In this document: piece after piece, positions 19,861-28,790 of the stretch
Layout of the letters: each line of letters starts with the position of its first letter
Position numbering within the stretch: the first letter of the stretch is position 1
IMG/VR virus record: IMGVR_UViG_3300017747_003292
Span: 1-47,026 of that record
Length of the DNA stretch: 47,026 bases
Reading direction: 5' to 3' (one strand)
DNA from: a virus
Lineage: Duplodnaviria > Caudoviricetes
Notes under the pieces: model-generated
Database searches by the model: none
What the model saw: the letters and a program-made list of their open reading frames with translations, nothing else
What the model was told of the DNA's origin: nothing
Position numbers and translations under genes: made by a program

Positions 19861-20046
19861 ATGGAACAAACAGAGGAACAATTTTTAGCTTGGTCGCAAG
19901 CAAAGTATGAACACCACCGACGGATTGCCGCTATTCGTTTTGCAAAGCGAAAGAATCATACGTGGAGTAGTGATCATCCTGACTCCATCAGAAACAAGAT
20001 CAAACAATTAAATGCACTTTTGTTTGAAGCAGAAGCAAGTGAATAA
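19861..20046 (+). CDS. Hypothetical protein
   Basis: MEQTEEQFLAW...; the stop lies 2 nt before the ribozyme. Confidence 0.5.
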   Translation: MEQTEEQFLAWSQAKYEHHRRIAAIRFAKRKNHTWSSDHPDSIRNKIKQLNALLFEAEASE

Positions 20047-20048
20047 AA

Positions 20049-20098
20049 GCTCGAAACCCCTTTTGGGGTATAGCACTAGTGGTGCTACTGATGAGAGC
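20049..20098 (+). ncRNA. Hammerhead ribozyme, type II
   Basis: GCTC-GAAA-CCCC(TTTT)GGGG-TA^-TAGCAC(TAGTG)GTGCTA-CTGATGA-GAGC. All core nucleotides and three perfect stems are present. Predicted cut after A20070. Confidence 0.93.
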
Positions 20099-20228
20099 AA
20101 TTTCTAGTCCTACAAAAGGTTCGATTCCTTTTGTATCTGGGGTGCAAGACCTAGAGCCACTGGGTGGCGGAGAATATAAACACCCAACAAGTTTCGAGTG
20201 GTTTCTTTTCTTGTTAGGGTGGGAGTGA

Positions 20229-20471
20229 GTGGAAGCCTCACAATATTTTATGGAACAATCAATTAAACAACTAAATGAGATTCTGCCGAATTGGGTGTTT
20301 AGTCCCTATTCAACCAACCGTCAAGATGACCGGATTCTATGTATCCCTAATGGTTACATTAACCATAAACATCATAGTGATTTACGCGCAATTGCACCTA
20401 TTGCAGGTAATGTGGGAGCGGTAGGGTATTTAATACATCGATCAGAGATCAAAATTGAACCTGTAAGATAA
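20229..20471 (+). CDS. Hypothetical protein
   Basis: 80-aa ORF downstream of the structured RNA region; start uncertain. Confidence 0.45.
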   Translation: MEASQYFMEQSIKQLNEILPNWVFSPYSTNRQDDRILCIPNGYINHKHHSDLRAIAPIAGNVGAVGYLIHRSEIKIEPVR

Positions 20472-20702
20472 CATGAAAAACAAAGACCTAATATCTGAGC
20501 TTTCAAAACTTGATCCGGAAGCAGAGATTGACGTTATTCACTATTCTAAAGCGGTGGCAACAACTATTGAAGAAATTCTTTGGGACAAAACGCAATGTCG
20601 AATTGCTTTACTTCTCGAAGACTAATAATTTCGACCCCCAAAAGGTCAAACAAGTTAAATGTCACTTGAATAAAAGACATACCAAACAAAAACACAAACA
20701 AG

Positions 20703-21386
20703 ATGAAAGTAGAAATTAAAGAGAGTCTCAAAGTTGGTGAACGTGCATTCAAAGCACCGGTTCTCGTGTATGAGAACATGGAAGAGATTAACAAGGCGGC
20801 TGGGAGTGTCGAGAAGCCGGTAGAGCGTTTGAACGGATTCCTCCACGCCCACGGCTCTGCCGGTGACCTGCGCGACCTCATCGCATCCATCGTGGAAGAG
20901 GTTTCCAAAGTCAAGCCGAACGTAAAGGACACGGGTAAGAAAAACGCAAAGGGTGAAGCGATCACCGAACAGGAGAAGGAAGCGGTCTACGTTACACGTG
21001 TCATTCAGGCACAGCCTGAACTCTTCGACAAGGTGCAAGCCTTGCTCGATCAACGTGCGCGTGGTTACACCTACAAGGATGAGAAGGGCACTGAGGTCAA
21101 GGTTCCTGCACTGGCGGTGGACATCAGCGTGCGCGTGGCCGCTCCCAAGGGTCCAAAATCCCTCGCGGCAAAGTGGAAGGAAGTCGCAACCAACTTCCTC
21201 GCGGGAAAGATCAACCCCAAGAGCGGCAAACCCTACAACCTTGCCAACCTCAACAAGGAGTTCAAGAAGTTCAATGTGGCCGAATTCGCGCCCACTGGTG
21301 AGCCGAACACCCCCGCAAACATCGAAGCACTCGGGTGGCTCTGCAAAGCCTACTCGGACGCGAAGGATGCGTTCGCTTCATTGTAA
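20703..21386 (+). CDS. Hypothetical protein, probably abundant
   Basis: 227 aa, K/A/E-rich, with visibly biased codons (AAG, AAC, TTC), an A/C-rich leader and a downstream hairpin. Confidence 0.8.
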   Translation: MKVEIKESLKVGERAFKAPVLVYENMEEINKAAGSVEKPVERLNGFLHAHGSAGDLRDLIASIVEEVSKVKPNVKDTGKKNAKGEAITEQEKEAVYVTRVIQAQPELFDKVQALLDQRARGYTYKDEKGTEVKVPALAVDISVRVAAPKGPKSLAAKWKEVATNFLAGKINPKSGKPYNLANLNKEFKKFNVAEFAPTGEPNTPANIEALGWLCKAYSDAKDAFASL

Positions 21387-21395
21387 GTTCAACAC

Positions 21396-21421
21396 GGCTA
21401 CACCTAAGGGTGTGGCCCTTT
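21396..21421 (+). terminator. Hairpin, possible terminator or stabiliser
   Basis: GGCTACACC-taag-GGTGTGGCC followed by CTTT; the U-tract is weak. Confidence 0.5.
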
Positions 21422-21734
21422 GAGCCTATATGAACCTAATCAAAATAATAGCATCACTATACATCAAAGGCTACTACTTCCTCATCCTAGACGGCAAAGC
21501 AGAGGTGGTGAGTGCAGAAGAAGTGGGACAATGGATGGGAGGGAACTAATATGATCACTAAAAACCCATGGAACAATGAATGTGAAATGTGCTACTCTAA
21601 GCACAAGTTCAAAACAGGTGACTGGATGTTTCAAATCCTACACCCTTGGTCACCTGACGAACCAATTATCGTTTGCAAGGTTTGTCTTATTCTTAGTGGA
21701 GTTTCGGCGCAAGATAAAAAGATTTTTCCGTTTC

Positions 21735-22031
21735 ATGGTAACTAATATAGCAATCATGACCATCACCGCATATTGCCACTGTTCCCAGTGCTGTGGAAAG
21801 CCCAACCAACCCACCGCAAGTGGCCTCCGGCCGCGTGCAGGAACCACCATCGCAGCACCAAGAGCCTTGCCATTCGGAACCACGATCATGATTCCCAGTG
21901 TAGGAGCAAGGAAAGTGCAAGATCGCCTTGCAAGAAAATATGACAATCGTATTGACATCTTCATGGCCTCACACCAAGCGGCAAAGAATTTCGGTATCAA
22001 GAGAGAAACAGTAACAATCATAACTAAATAA
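21735..22031 (+). CDS. 3D-domain (MltA-like) peptidoglycan-related protein
   Basis: ITAYC..CCGK..TASG..IAAP..LPFGT..VQDR..RIDIFM..A.NFG is the 3D-domain pattern. Likely start at 21735 or slightly later. Confidence 0.85.
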   Translation: MVTNIAIMTITAYCHCSQCCGKPNQPTASGLRPRAGTTIAAPRALPFGTTIMIPSVGARKVQDRLARKYDNRIDIFMASHQAAKNFGIKRETVTIITK

Positions 22032-22035
22032 TACT

Positions 22036-22263
22036 ATGAGTAACACTAAGACTAAAATCAAAATCCTAGATCGTCTCGAAATCCTCGACCGCGCAATCAA
22101 GATGTGTGAAGAGAGCGAAACCACCCTCTCCAATCCCGGCATTTGTCTCGCCTGTGGCGCAGATGCAGATGGGTGTGAACCAGATGCACGGAACTACGAA
22201 TGTGAGGCTTGTGGCAAGAACAAGGTGTTTGGCGCACAAGAGGTGATAATGATGCTCGCATAG
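22036..22263 (+). CDS. Small zinc-ribbon protein
   Basis: GICLACG..GCEPDARNYECEACG (two CxxC). Confidence 0.75.
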   Translation: MSNTKTKIKILDRLEILDRAIKMCEESETTLSNPGICLACGADADGCEPDARNYECEACGKNKVFGAQEVIMMLA

Positions 22264-22266
22264 TCC

Positions 22267-22283
22267 TGTTTCAATTTGAAACA
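22267..22283. repeat. parS-like palindrome copy 5
   Basis: TGTTTCA-ATT-TGAAACA. Confidence 0.9.
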
Positions 22284-22297
22284 AGCCCAAAACCATT

Positions 22298-22825
22298 ATG
22301 CATTATCTACGAATTTCAATAGTAGTAGACAGCGACGAACAACTCGACACCATCCGAGAGGCCCTCTCCAGCGACCTCGAATGCTCTCTCGATGGTGCCT
22401 GCAAAGTCGTTAACATCACCCACGACCGCGACCTCGCTGCCGCTTTTGTGCAAGAACGGAGTTCAAGGACCGAACACCAAGTGCTGACGAAAAAGGAGTC
22501 CTCTCTCTCCTATGACGTCGCTACCGTTCTTGCACACTACTCATTAACACTTCCTAAGAGTTGGTTGAAGCATGGGGCACCTCCACCAAAGGTGCCACAG
22601 AACCAAATCTATGGTGAGATTCAGGGTATCCCCTCACTACGTGGCCGCATCGTTCTCACCAATGGCATCATGGCCTTCATGGTGCGAGAGGATGGTAGAT
22701 GGAACTATGTGCACTGGAACCACTTCATCCCGGATGATGTGGACAAAATCGACCACGACATCCCACAACCCATGCAGAGGACACGTGTGGATTCTAAGAC
22801 TGAGCTTGACTTTATGAACTTCTAA
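22298..22825 (+). CDS. Hypothetical protein
   Basis: 175-aa ORF after palindrome copy 5. Confidence 0.65.
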   Translation: MHYLRISIVVDSDEQLDTIREALSSDLECSLDGACKVVNITHDRDLAAAFVQERSSRTEHQVLTKKESSLSYDVATVLAHYSLTLPKSWLKHGAPPPKVPQNQIYGEIQGIPSLRGRIVLTNGIMAFMVREDGRWNYVHWNHFIPDDVDKIDHDIPQPMQRTRVDSKTELDFMNF

Positions 22826-22829
22826 ACCT

Positions 22830-23069
22830 ATGAAACCCATTCGCATAAACCTTCGAAGCGGTGGTCGCTATCTAAAAACCATCCGACAGCTTGACAACCT
22901 TTCACAACCAGAAACCGCCAGACGGTTGAAGATTTCCCGCGCACACTGGGTAAACCTCGAATGCGGCAATCGCCCGATTGGGACGTGGAAAATCTTCACC
23001 CGCATCTGCAACCTCTTCCGCATCTCCCCTATGACCCTTATCCACTGGTATTACCCAAAAGCAGAATGA
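22830..23069 (+). CDS. XRE-family HTH regulator
   Basis: LKTIRQLDNLSQPETARRLKISRAHWVNLECGNR. Confidence 0.85.
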   Translation: MKPIRINLRSGGRYLKTIRQLDNLSQPETARRLKISRAHWVNLECGNRPIGTWKIFTRICNLFRISPMTLIHWYYPKAE

Positions 23070-23428
23070 ACACCTTCACCAACCCATACATCAACGGCGA
23101 CCCAGAGATCAACCTCTCCAAAGATGACACTTATAGTCGCCGCGTCACCTTTAGCGTGCATGACGTGGACAAAGTCTTCTTGCACTTGGTCCGCCCCCGT
23201 CATGGCACTGAAACCACTGCCCTCACCATCCTCTACCGCAAACTCTGCCAAGCCTGCCGGAAGCGTGGTATCACAGACCTCACCCACGCAGAAGCATTTG
23301 AACATTTCGTTACCAACCTTGAACTCACACTCCCCACAAATGAACTCCCCACTCCCCCCATTCGACCCAAACGCACCAGAAAGTCCACTGGAATCCCTAG
23401 TGGACCAACCAATGCACCTCAAGAGTGA
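23066..23428 (+). CDS. Hypothetical protein
   Basis: MNTFTNPY...; ATGA overlap with the HTH gene. Confidence 0.6.
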   Translation: MNTFTNPYINGDPEINLSKDDTYSRRVTFSVHDVDKVFLHLVRPRHGTETTALTILYRKLCQACRKRGITDLTHAEAFEHFVTNLELTLPTNELPTPPIRPKRTRKSTGIPSGPTNAPQE

Positions 23429-23950
23429 AGAAGAGGTTCGTGCTTTTATGATGAAGATGAAAGAACTTCGGGACTCCTCCCAAGCACGACAAGCCTATTT
23501 CCGTGGAAAGGTGGAGAAGGAAGTTAAACCCACCGCCTTTGATGAACTCTGACCATAACTTCAAAGCCGCTCAACGGTCCCATGACAACCAACTTCCACC
23601 CGAGGAAAAGAAACGGGTGTGCCGTTGTTGTGGACTCTGGAGATGGGAACATGAGTTTCCGAGTGGTGATAGTCACACCTGCCTAGAGTGTGTGGAGTGG
23701 GCAGAGAGTCAGAATCAATAACACTTTTTGGTGGTAGTTTTTATTGTGAAAAACGAAACGTTGTCATTGAAAACATTGGTCTATCACAAGTTCTCCAATG
23801 TATATAACATACGCCCTAAGCCGAGCACTGATGACAAGGTGGGAAACTCGGTTGCCACTAAGCAGAGGGACAACTAGAGACGATTATCCTCTTTAAACAG
23901 ACGTCGAAAACGGGACTTGCCCACCTAGGACAAAGACGGGCAACTAATTT

Positions 23951-24081
23951 ATCCCCGTGCCTGTGCTGGCCAATTTAGTAGCTCTAAATGGATACCGTTC
24001 GAGTCGGATGGCTACTAGCGAAGCGAGTGAGAGCACAATGAACCTCAGCCCTGAAATGGGCCGGACTCACTCGGCGGGGAT
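23951..24081 (+). ncRNA. Candidate structured RNA with T-loop
   Basis: Nested stems ATCCCCG/CGGGGAT, TGGCCA/TGGCTA, ATTTAG/CTAAAT, CCG-TTCGAGT-CGG, CGAGTGAG/CTCACTCG and GCCC/GGGC in an ORF-free gap. Confidence 0.5.
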
Positions 24082-24099
24082 TTTAATTTACTAACTATT

Positions 24100-24333
24100 A
24101 TGAAAGCCTCATTTGAACTAAAAATCTGTAATAATGTGGACTTGAAAGATGCAACATGTCTGCTTTCTGGACATATTGGAGCCAACATTGTTGGCCTTCA
24201 AGTGTTCGGTCCCAAGAAAGAAAGTCTCTTTTACATAGAACTCCCTGCTAATGAACTAATCATTGCAGCATCTCGACTTTCAGCTGGACCAGATGGTTTA
24301 TGCCCATTTCCAGAAGGAACTACAAAAGTATGA
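24100..24333 (+). CDS. Hypothetical protein
   Basis: 77-aa ORF with an AT-rich leader. Confidence 0.55.
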   Translation: MKASFELKICNNVDLKDATCLLSGHIGANIVGLQVFGPKKESLFYIELPANELIIAASRLSAGPDGLCPFPEGTTKV

Positions 24334-24495
24334 CCAAATTCAAACTCTGCAAAGAAAAGGCAGGTGTTATTAGTGAAGGTCCAATCTGGTGTCTCTGGCA
24401 CGATTGTTGGCTTTACACTGGTGACAATCTCTTTCAACTTTTGCGTAATACTATTAAGTATTGGAAGAGTGACACTGCTCTAATAGGATAACTTT

Positions 24496-24837
24496 ATGTC
24501 CAATTACACCGACACTCAACTAAAGCAAGCACTCGCAAAGATGTTGCCAGAAGAAGTAGAAATAGACCCAGTTATTAATGTATTTCGTTACAGATTTCAT
24601 GGAGATTGTGTCCTCGACACCGAACTTCTCCATCTGTGTTGGATGGTGGAAGAAGGACTTAACAGCACAGAACATTGCTTTTACTTCAGAGTAATTGAGA
24701 ATAACATCCAAGAGTGGTTAATTGAACAAGATGAAAAAGTTGGATACGGAAGCATCTATACTTGGTCAATTCACGCCACCTGGCAACAACGAACGATTGC
24801 CTTGGCGAAGGTGAAGGGAGTGGAGATACCAAAATGA
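24496..24837 (+). CDS. Hypothetical protein (phage ABA-sandwich-like)
   Basis: N-terminal TDTQLKQALAK and C-terminal HATWQQRTIAL pattern; family call is tentative. Confidence 0.5.
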   Translation: MSNYTDTQLKQALAKMLPEEVEIDPVINVFRYRFHGDCVLDTELLHLCWMVEEGLNSTEHCFYFRVIENNIQEWLIEQDEKVGYGSIYTWSIHATWQQRTIALAKVKGVEIPK

Positions 24838-25082
24838 AAACCCCACAAGAAGAGGCGGAAGAGATGAAGGCGAAGGCGTCATCTTTTTACCACACGCTAG
24901 GCATGACCGTTCGAGATAGTATCAAAGAATCAATCCCTCTCCCCGAACTCATCGCAGTTGCGAGGGCGGCGAGTGAAGTCGAAAAGCTGACTCCATTTAC
25001 AAAGTTCAAAATCACAGAAAAAGACATTGAACTAGCAGCGGCACTCCAAGCCCTTCGCGCAACGGGAAAGGTGGAGTTGTGA
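24834..25082 (+). CDS. Hypothetical protein
   Basis: MKTPQEEAEE...; ATGA overlap with the upstream stop. Confidence 0.55.
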   Translation: MKTPQEEAEEMKAKASSFYHTLGMTVRDSIKESIPLPELIAVARAASEVEKLTPFTKFKITEKDIELAAALQALRATGKVEL

Positions 25083-25227
25083 ACTACTTTCTTCGCGCAC
25101 TTGCAATGCTTCTATTTGTAGTTTCAGTCCTACAATCCACTCACGAACGGAGAATGGAAGGCTTGGTTATGAGCGTGTTTCTGCTCATCATGTCGGTCGT
25201 TTTATACAAAGAACCAAAGGATAAACC

Positions 25228-25611
25228 ATGAACCTGACACCAACCGAAATCGAAGAGTTGCGGATTGCGATTGCAATTGAGGCGGGGTGGAATATAGAAA
25301 ACTACGGCCCCGAAGGATATGAGACGCTGTATTGGCGATTGCGCAAGCCAGACAACTCGATCCGCGAGCATGGATGCACCGGCGAAAGTTGGTCGCGCAA
25401 CATGTTCGGGCATATGGTCCCTCCCTACACCACCAGCATCGACGCCATCCAAGCGGCATGTTTGGAGAGGTTTAAGGATGAGACATCAGTTGCATTTCAA
25501 GTAGAGCTGTTGCAGGCCAAAAGCGAACATCCTTTCATCTGGCAACTAACCGCCCTCGACTGGTGCATTGCCTTCGCTCGCACTGCGAAGATTTGGAGGT
25601 TTAATGTATGA
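25228..25611 (+). CDS. Hypothetical protein (phage ABA-sandwich-like)
   Basis: ELRIAIAIEAGW...VPPYTTSIDA...TALDWCIAFAR. Confidence 0.55.
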   Translation: MNLTPTEIEELRIAIAIEAGWNIENYGPEGYETLYWRLRKPDNSIREHGCTGESWSRNMFGHMVPPYTTSIDAIQAACLERFKDETSVAFQVELLQAKSEHPFIWQLTALDWCIAFARTAKIWRFNV

Positions 25612-25887
25612 AAGAATTTTTGTTTCTAGCATGGTCAATTGCCATGCTGCTTTTGGGCGCGACTCTTCAATATCAATCCAGTCGCGAGCAAGCAGTCAAA
25701 TCCGGCCACGCCGAATACTACCTAGACGCAGACAACAACAAACAATGGAGGTGGAAGTGAGCGACTACAATTTCATTCCAGATATTCCGCCTTGGTTTGC
25801 AATCATGCTTCTCATCTTTATGGGAATAGGATTCCTAACCGTAGTTGGAGGTATCATTTACTTAATCATCACACACATCAGATTCGT

Positions 25888-26124
25888 ATGACCATCTCAC
25901 CAGAAGCAAAAGATGCAGGACGCGATTGGGCAATACCAGCAAGCGAATTCCAGAAAGTAGCTGATAAGTTAACCGCTCCACTCCAAAAGGAAATCGAACG
26001 GCTCAGGGGTGAGGTGGAGAAGGCGTGGAGAGAAGGTTACGAAGACCGAACTTCATTCAGACAACTTGAAAGCGACGACTGGACCAACAGCCGCGCCAAA
26101 CGCGTGGCGGAAGGGAAGGAATAG
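25888..26124 (+). CDS. Hypothetical protein
   Basis: MTISPEAK...; ATGA overlap, coiled coil. Confidence 0.5.
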   Translation: MTISPEAKDAGRDWAIPASEFQKVADKLTAPLQKEIERLRGEVEKAWREGYEDRTSFRQLESDDWTNSRAKRVAEGKE

Positions 26125-26125
26125 T

Positions 26126-27220
26126 ATGATTCCAATCCCACTCCGCAACGGCGCAATGTTCGTCAGTTCCAGTTTCCTCGACACCCTCACCTGTCCACGC
26201 TCTAGTGAATACTACAAATTGAATGCTCGCGTTGCTGATCGTGGCACCAGTGCTATGACCTTTGGTCAACACCTGCACAGTGCCCTATCCCTCTACTACC
26301 GTCTCCAAGAATACAACCTAGATCATGATGTGATGATGGGTAGGGTTTCCACACTCTTGGAAACCGAATTCTCCCTTCATCCCACCGACCCTGACGACTG
26401 GCGCAACCTGAACTGGGCAATGGAAACATTCCAGCAACTTGTGCAGAAGTATAAGGATGAGGAATTTCAGGTGGTGAGGTATAAAGAACCAAGAAAATGC
26501 ACCAAATGTGTTGAAGGCACCACCTGCATCTGGTGCAACGGCACCGGCTTCACCACCATCATGTCCGAAATCCCTTTTGCGGTGAAGTTGTTTGACTTCC
26601 AAGACAATAGTGGTATGCTCTATGGTCAACTACCACAAGAACAGTGGCCCACTTACAAATCAAATGGCCAACGTATCCCAATCTACTATCACGGCTTCAT
26701 CGACCTCTTAATCTCCCGCAACGGACTCCTATACGTAATGGACTTCAAATCCACCTCCCAACTAGGCCCATCCTACTGGGATGACAAGAAAGCAATTGCG
26801 CAACCAAAGGGATATAGTTGGGCTTTGGAGCAACTACTTGGTGTGAAGGTGCATGGCTACCTGATTAGGGCCATCCGAACAATACCGCCACCAAAATACG
26901 TGGCAGAGGGCCGTGCCAACACCAAAGGCGAGTTCAAAAAGATCGCGGATTGGTGGGACGAATCCCTCTCACAACAATCCTTTGAACTTGGTCCGGGAGA
27001 ACTCGATGAGTGGAAAGAGAATGCAATCTCACAGGTGAAGCAATTCTTCTACCACTACCAACAAGGTGTCTTCCCACAAAACAAGAGCATCTGCTCTGGG
27101 AAGTATGGGAAGTGTCAATACTTCGAGGTGTGTTCCACCTTTCCTGCCTCCGACCGAAACCAACTTTTGAACAGCACAATGTTCAAGACCAAAGAACAAA
27201 ACATGAACCTACTAAAATAA
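26126..27220 (+). CDS. PD-(D/E)xK Cas4/RecB-like exonuclease
   Basis: CPR near the N-terminus, FGQHLHSAL, GFIDL...MDFKST, QPKGY and C-terminal C..CQYFEVC (Fe-S type). True start probably ATG 26126. Confidence 0.88.
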   Translation: MIPIPLRNGAMFVSSSFLDTLTCPRSSEYYKLNARVADRGTSAMTFGQHLHSALSLYYRLQEYNLDHDVMMGRVSTLLETEFSLHPTDPDDWRNLNWAMETFQQLVQKYKDEEFQVVRYKEPRKCTKCVEGTTCIWCNGTGFTTIMSEIPFAVKLFDFQDNSGMLYGQLPQEQWPTYKSNGQRIPIYYHGFIDLLISRNGLLYVMDFKSTSQLGPSYWDDKKAIAQPKGYSWALEQLLGVKVHGYLIRAIRTIPPPKYVAEGRANTKGEFKKIADWWDESLSQQSFELGPGELDEWKENAISQVKQFFYHYQQGVFPQNKSICSGKYGKCQYFEVCSTFPASDRNQLLNSTMFKTKEQNMNLLK

Positions 27221-27221
27221 C

Positions 27222-27656
27222 ATGAGCACAAACATCCAAACTGTTATCGAACAAATCCAATACCGCATCGATCAAAACAACGCAGCAACAACCAGACTTT
27301 TCAACCTATCCCAAGTTCTTTCAAAGTTCCCACAGCTCGACGATCTCTCCATCCCAATCAGCTTCCAATATGATGGTCATAGTATTGACTTCGACTACCT
27401 CACCCACGACCAAACGATTGAAGTAATCAAAGTGCTGGGTGGCAAGTGGACCAAGAGTCTCAATGGCACTGACACCATTGACTATAATACCACCATCGAT
27501 GGTGTAAACTTCCGAATCTTTGCCGGTCAACCACCACCATCCTGTGAAGTCATCGAAGAGACCGTGATTGTTCCCTCCCACTACACCCCTGAGACAACCA
27601 AGACCATTCGTCGACTCAAATGTGTCCCCGAAATCTCAGGTCCTGTTTCAAATTGA
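27222..27656 (+). CDS. Hypothetical protein
   Basis: 144 aa; the stop codon lies within palindrome copy 6. Confidence 0.65.
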   Translation: MSTNIQTVIEQIQYRIDQNNAATTRLFNLSQVLSKFPQLDDLSIPISFQYDGHSIDFDYLTHDQTIEVIKVLGGKWTKSLNGTDTIDYNTTIDGVNFRIFAGQPPPSCEVIEETVIVPSHYTPETTKTIRRLKCVPEISGPVSN

Positions 27657-27660
27657 AACG
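27644..27660. repeat. parS-like palindrome copy 6 (one mismatch)
   Basis: TGTTTCA-AAT-TGAAACG, overlapping a stop codon. Confidence 0.85.
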
Positions 27661-27668
27661 CCACCATC

Positions 27669-28460
27669 ATGAATCTATCATCACCTTCTACTCCTAAGCC
27701 CGACTCCAAACGTCGCATCCTCATCCTTGGGCCACCCGGCGGTCGCAAGACCACCTCCATCATGAGTTTTCCAAACATTGCCTTTTTTGACATTGATGGG
27801 AACCTTGATGGTCCCAAGCAAGCACTCAAAAAAGTAACTGGCACCGAACCATCCTTCGGCTACGAGAGTGCCTGTCTCTCCAAGACCGGTGCATTGCTTG
27901 AAATCCACGAATGGTTTGACAACCTCATCTTCCAGATGACTGCGTTCCGTGATGAGGTGAAGAGTGGCAAAAGCCCATTCCAATTCGCCTGCGTTGATGG
28001 TCTCCGCAACCTTGGTGAAATGATCAAAGCATCTGTGATGAAATCCCAACGTCGCGATGCAATGGAGACCCGTGACTGGGACCCATACAAGACCAAGATG
28101 CTCAAGGTGGTCTTCCTCTTGGCACAAGAAATCGGTGTCCACATGCTTTTCACCTGCCACGAGCAGGAGATATGGAAACCATCTCCCAATCCAAAAGAAA
28201 TGATGAAAGACATCCTCGTCGGCTATGAACCCATGGTGCAAGGCGGCATCCAAAACGCATTCTCTGGTTTCTTCACCGACGTTTGGCGCATCACCTCCGA
28301 GCTTGCAGGCGGTGGACAGGTTGAAACCAAAATCACCTCTGTAAAATCCACCTACTCTCCTGACCTAAAATCCTCCCTTGGTATGCCACCAGAAATCACA
28401 ATCAAAAGCAATGAAACTGCTTGGTCCAAACTCCAACCTTATTTTGAAGGAAAACTATGA
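27669..28460 (+). CDS. AAA_24/Sak4-like ATPase (recombination)
   Basis: Walker A GPPGGRKT, FDIDG, CVDGL, FTCHE and FFTDVW; sits near a Cas4-like exonuclease and an SSB-like gene. Confidence 0.8.
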   Translation: MNLSSPSTPKPDSKRRILILGPPGGRKTTSIMSFPNIAFFDIDGNLDGPKQALKKVTGTEPSFGYESACLSKTGALLEIHEWFDNLIFQMTAFRDEVKSGKSPFQFACVDGLRNLGEMIKASVMKSQRRDAMETRDWDPYKTKMLKVVFLLAQEIGVHMLFTCHEQEIWKPSPNPKEMMKDILVGYEPMVQGGIQNAFSGFFTDVWRITSELAGGGQVETKITSVKSTYSPDLKSSLGMPPEITIKSNETAWSKLQPYFEGKL

Positions 28461-28786
28461 ACCTCGAAACCCTCCAAGCCGAAGTCTCTGAATGGGCCAC
28501 CCGTAACTTCCCACACAACAAACCACACATGCCACTCCTTGGTGCCGCCGAAGAGATTGGTGAACTCTGCCATGCCCACCTCAAAGACGAACAAGGAATT
28601 CGTGGCACTCACGCTGAACATCAGGAAGCCAAGACTGACGCGGTAGGGGACATCGTAATCTACCTCGCAAACTATTGCCTTCTCAACAACCTTGACCTCT
28701 CCCTTGCAGTTACCACTGCATGGAACCAAGTCAAGCAACGAGACTGGAACACTAACAAACAAGACGGAAAAATAATTACCAAATAA
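28457..28786 (+). CDS. MazG-like NTP pyrophosphohydrolase
   Basis: AEEIGEL...DAVGDIVIYL helical motif. Confidence 0.88.
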   Translation: MNLETLQAEVSEWATRNFPHNKPHMPLLGAAEEIGELCHAHLKDEQGIRGTHAEHQEAKTDAVGDIVIYLANYCLLNNLDLSLAVTTAWNQVKQRDWNTNKQDGKIITK

Positions 28787-28790
28787 TACT

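Noticed and set aside
20110-20136. tRNA gene suggested by GGTTCGATTCC
   Set aside because: No D arm, anticodon arm or acceptor stem can be built; it is a lone hairpin.
23812-23872. Second ribozyme (hammerhead from CTGATGA...GAAA, or twister/pistol from GCCCTAAGC and TGACAAG)
   Set aside because: No stem II or NUH/stem I geometry for a hammerhead, and the pseudoknot partners required for twister or pistol are missing.
26126-27220. Cas4 as part of a CRISPR system
   Set aside because: Stand-alone in a recombination module, with no array or other cas genes.
27669-28460. ATPase as the ParA partner
   Set aside because: It lacks the deviant Walker A KGGxGKT; motifs and neighbours fit AAA_24/Sak4.
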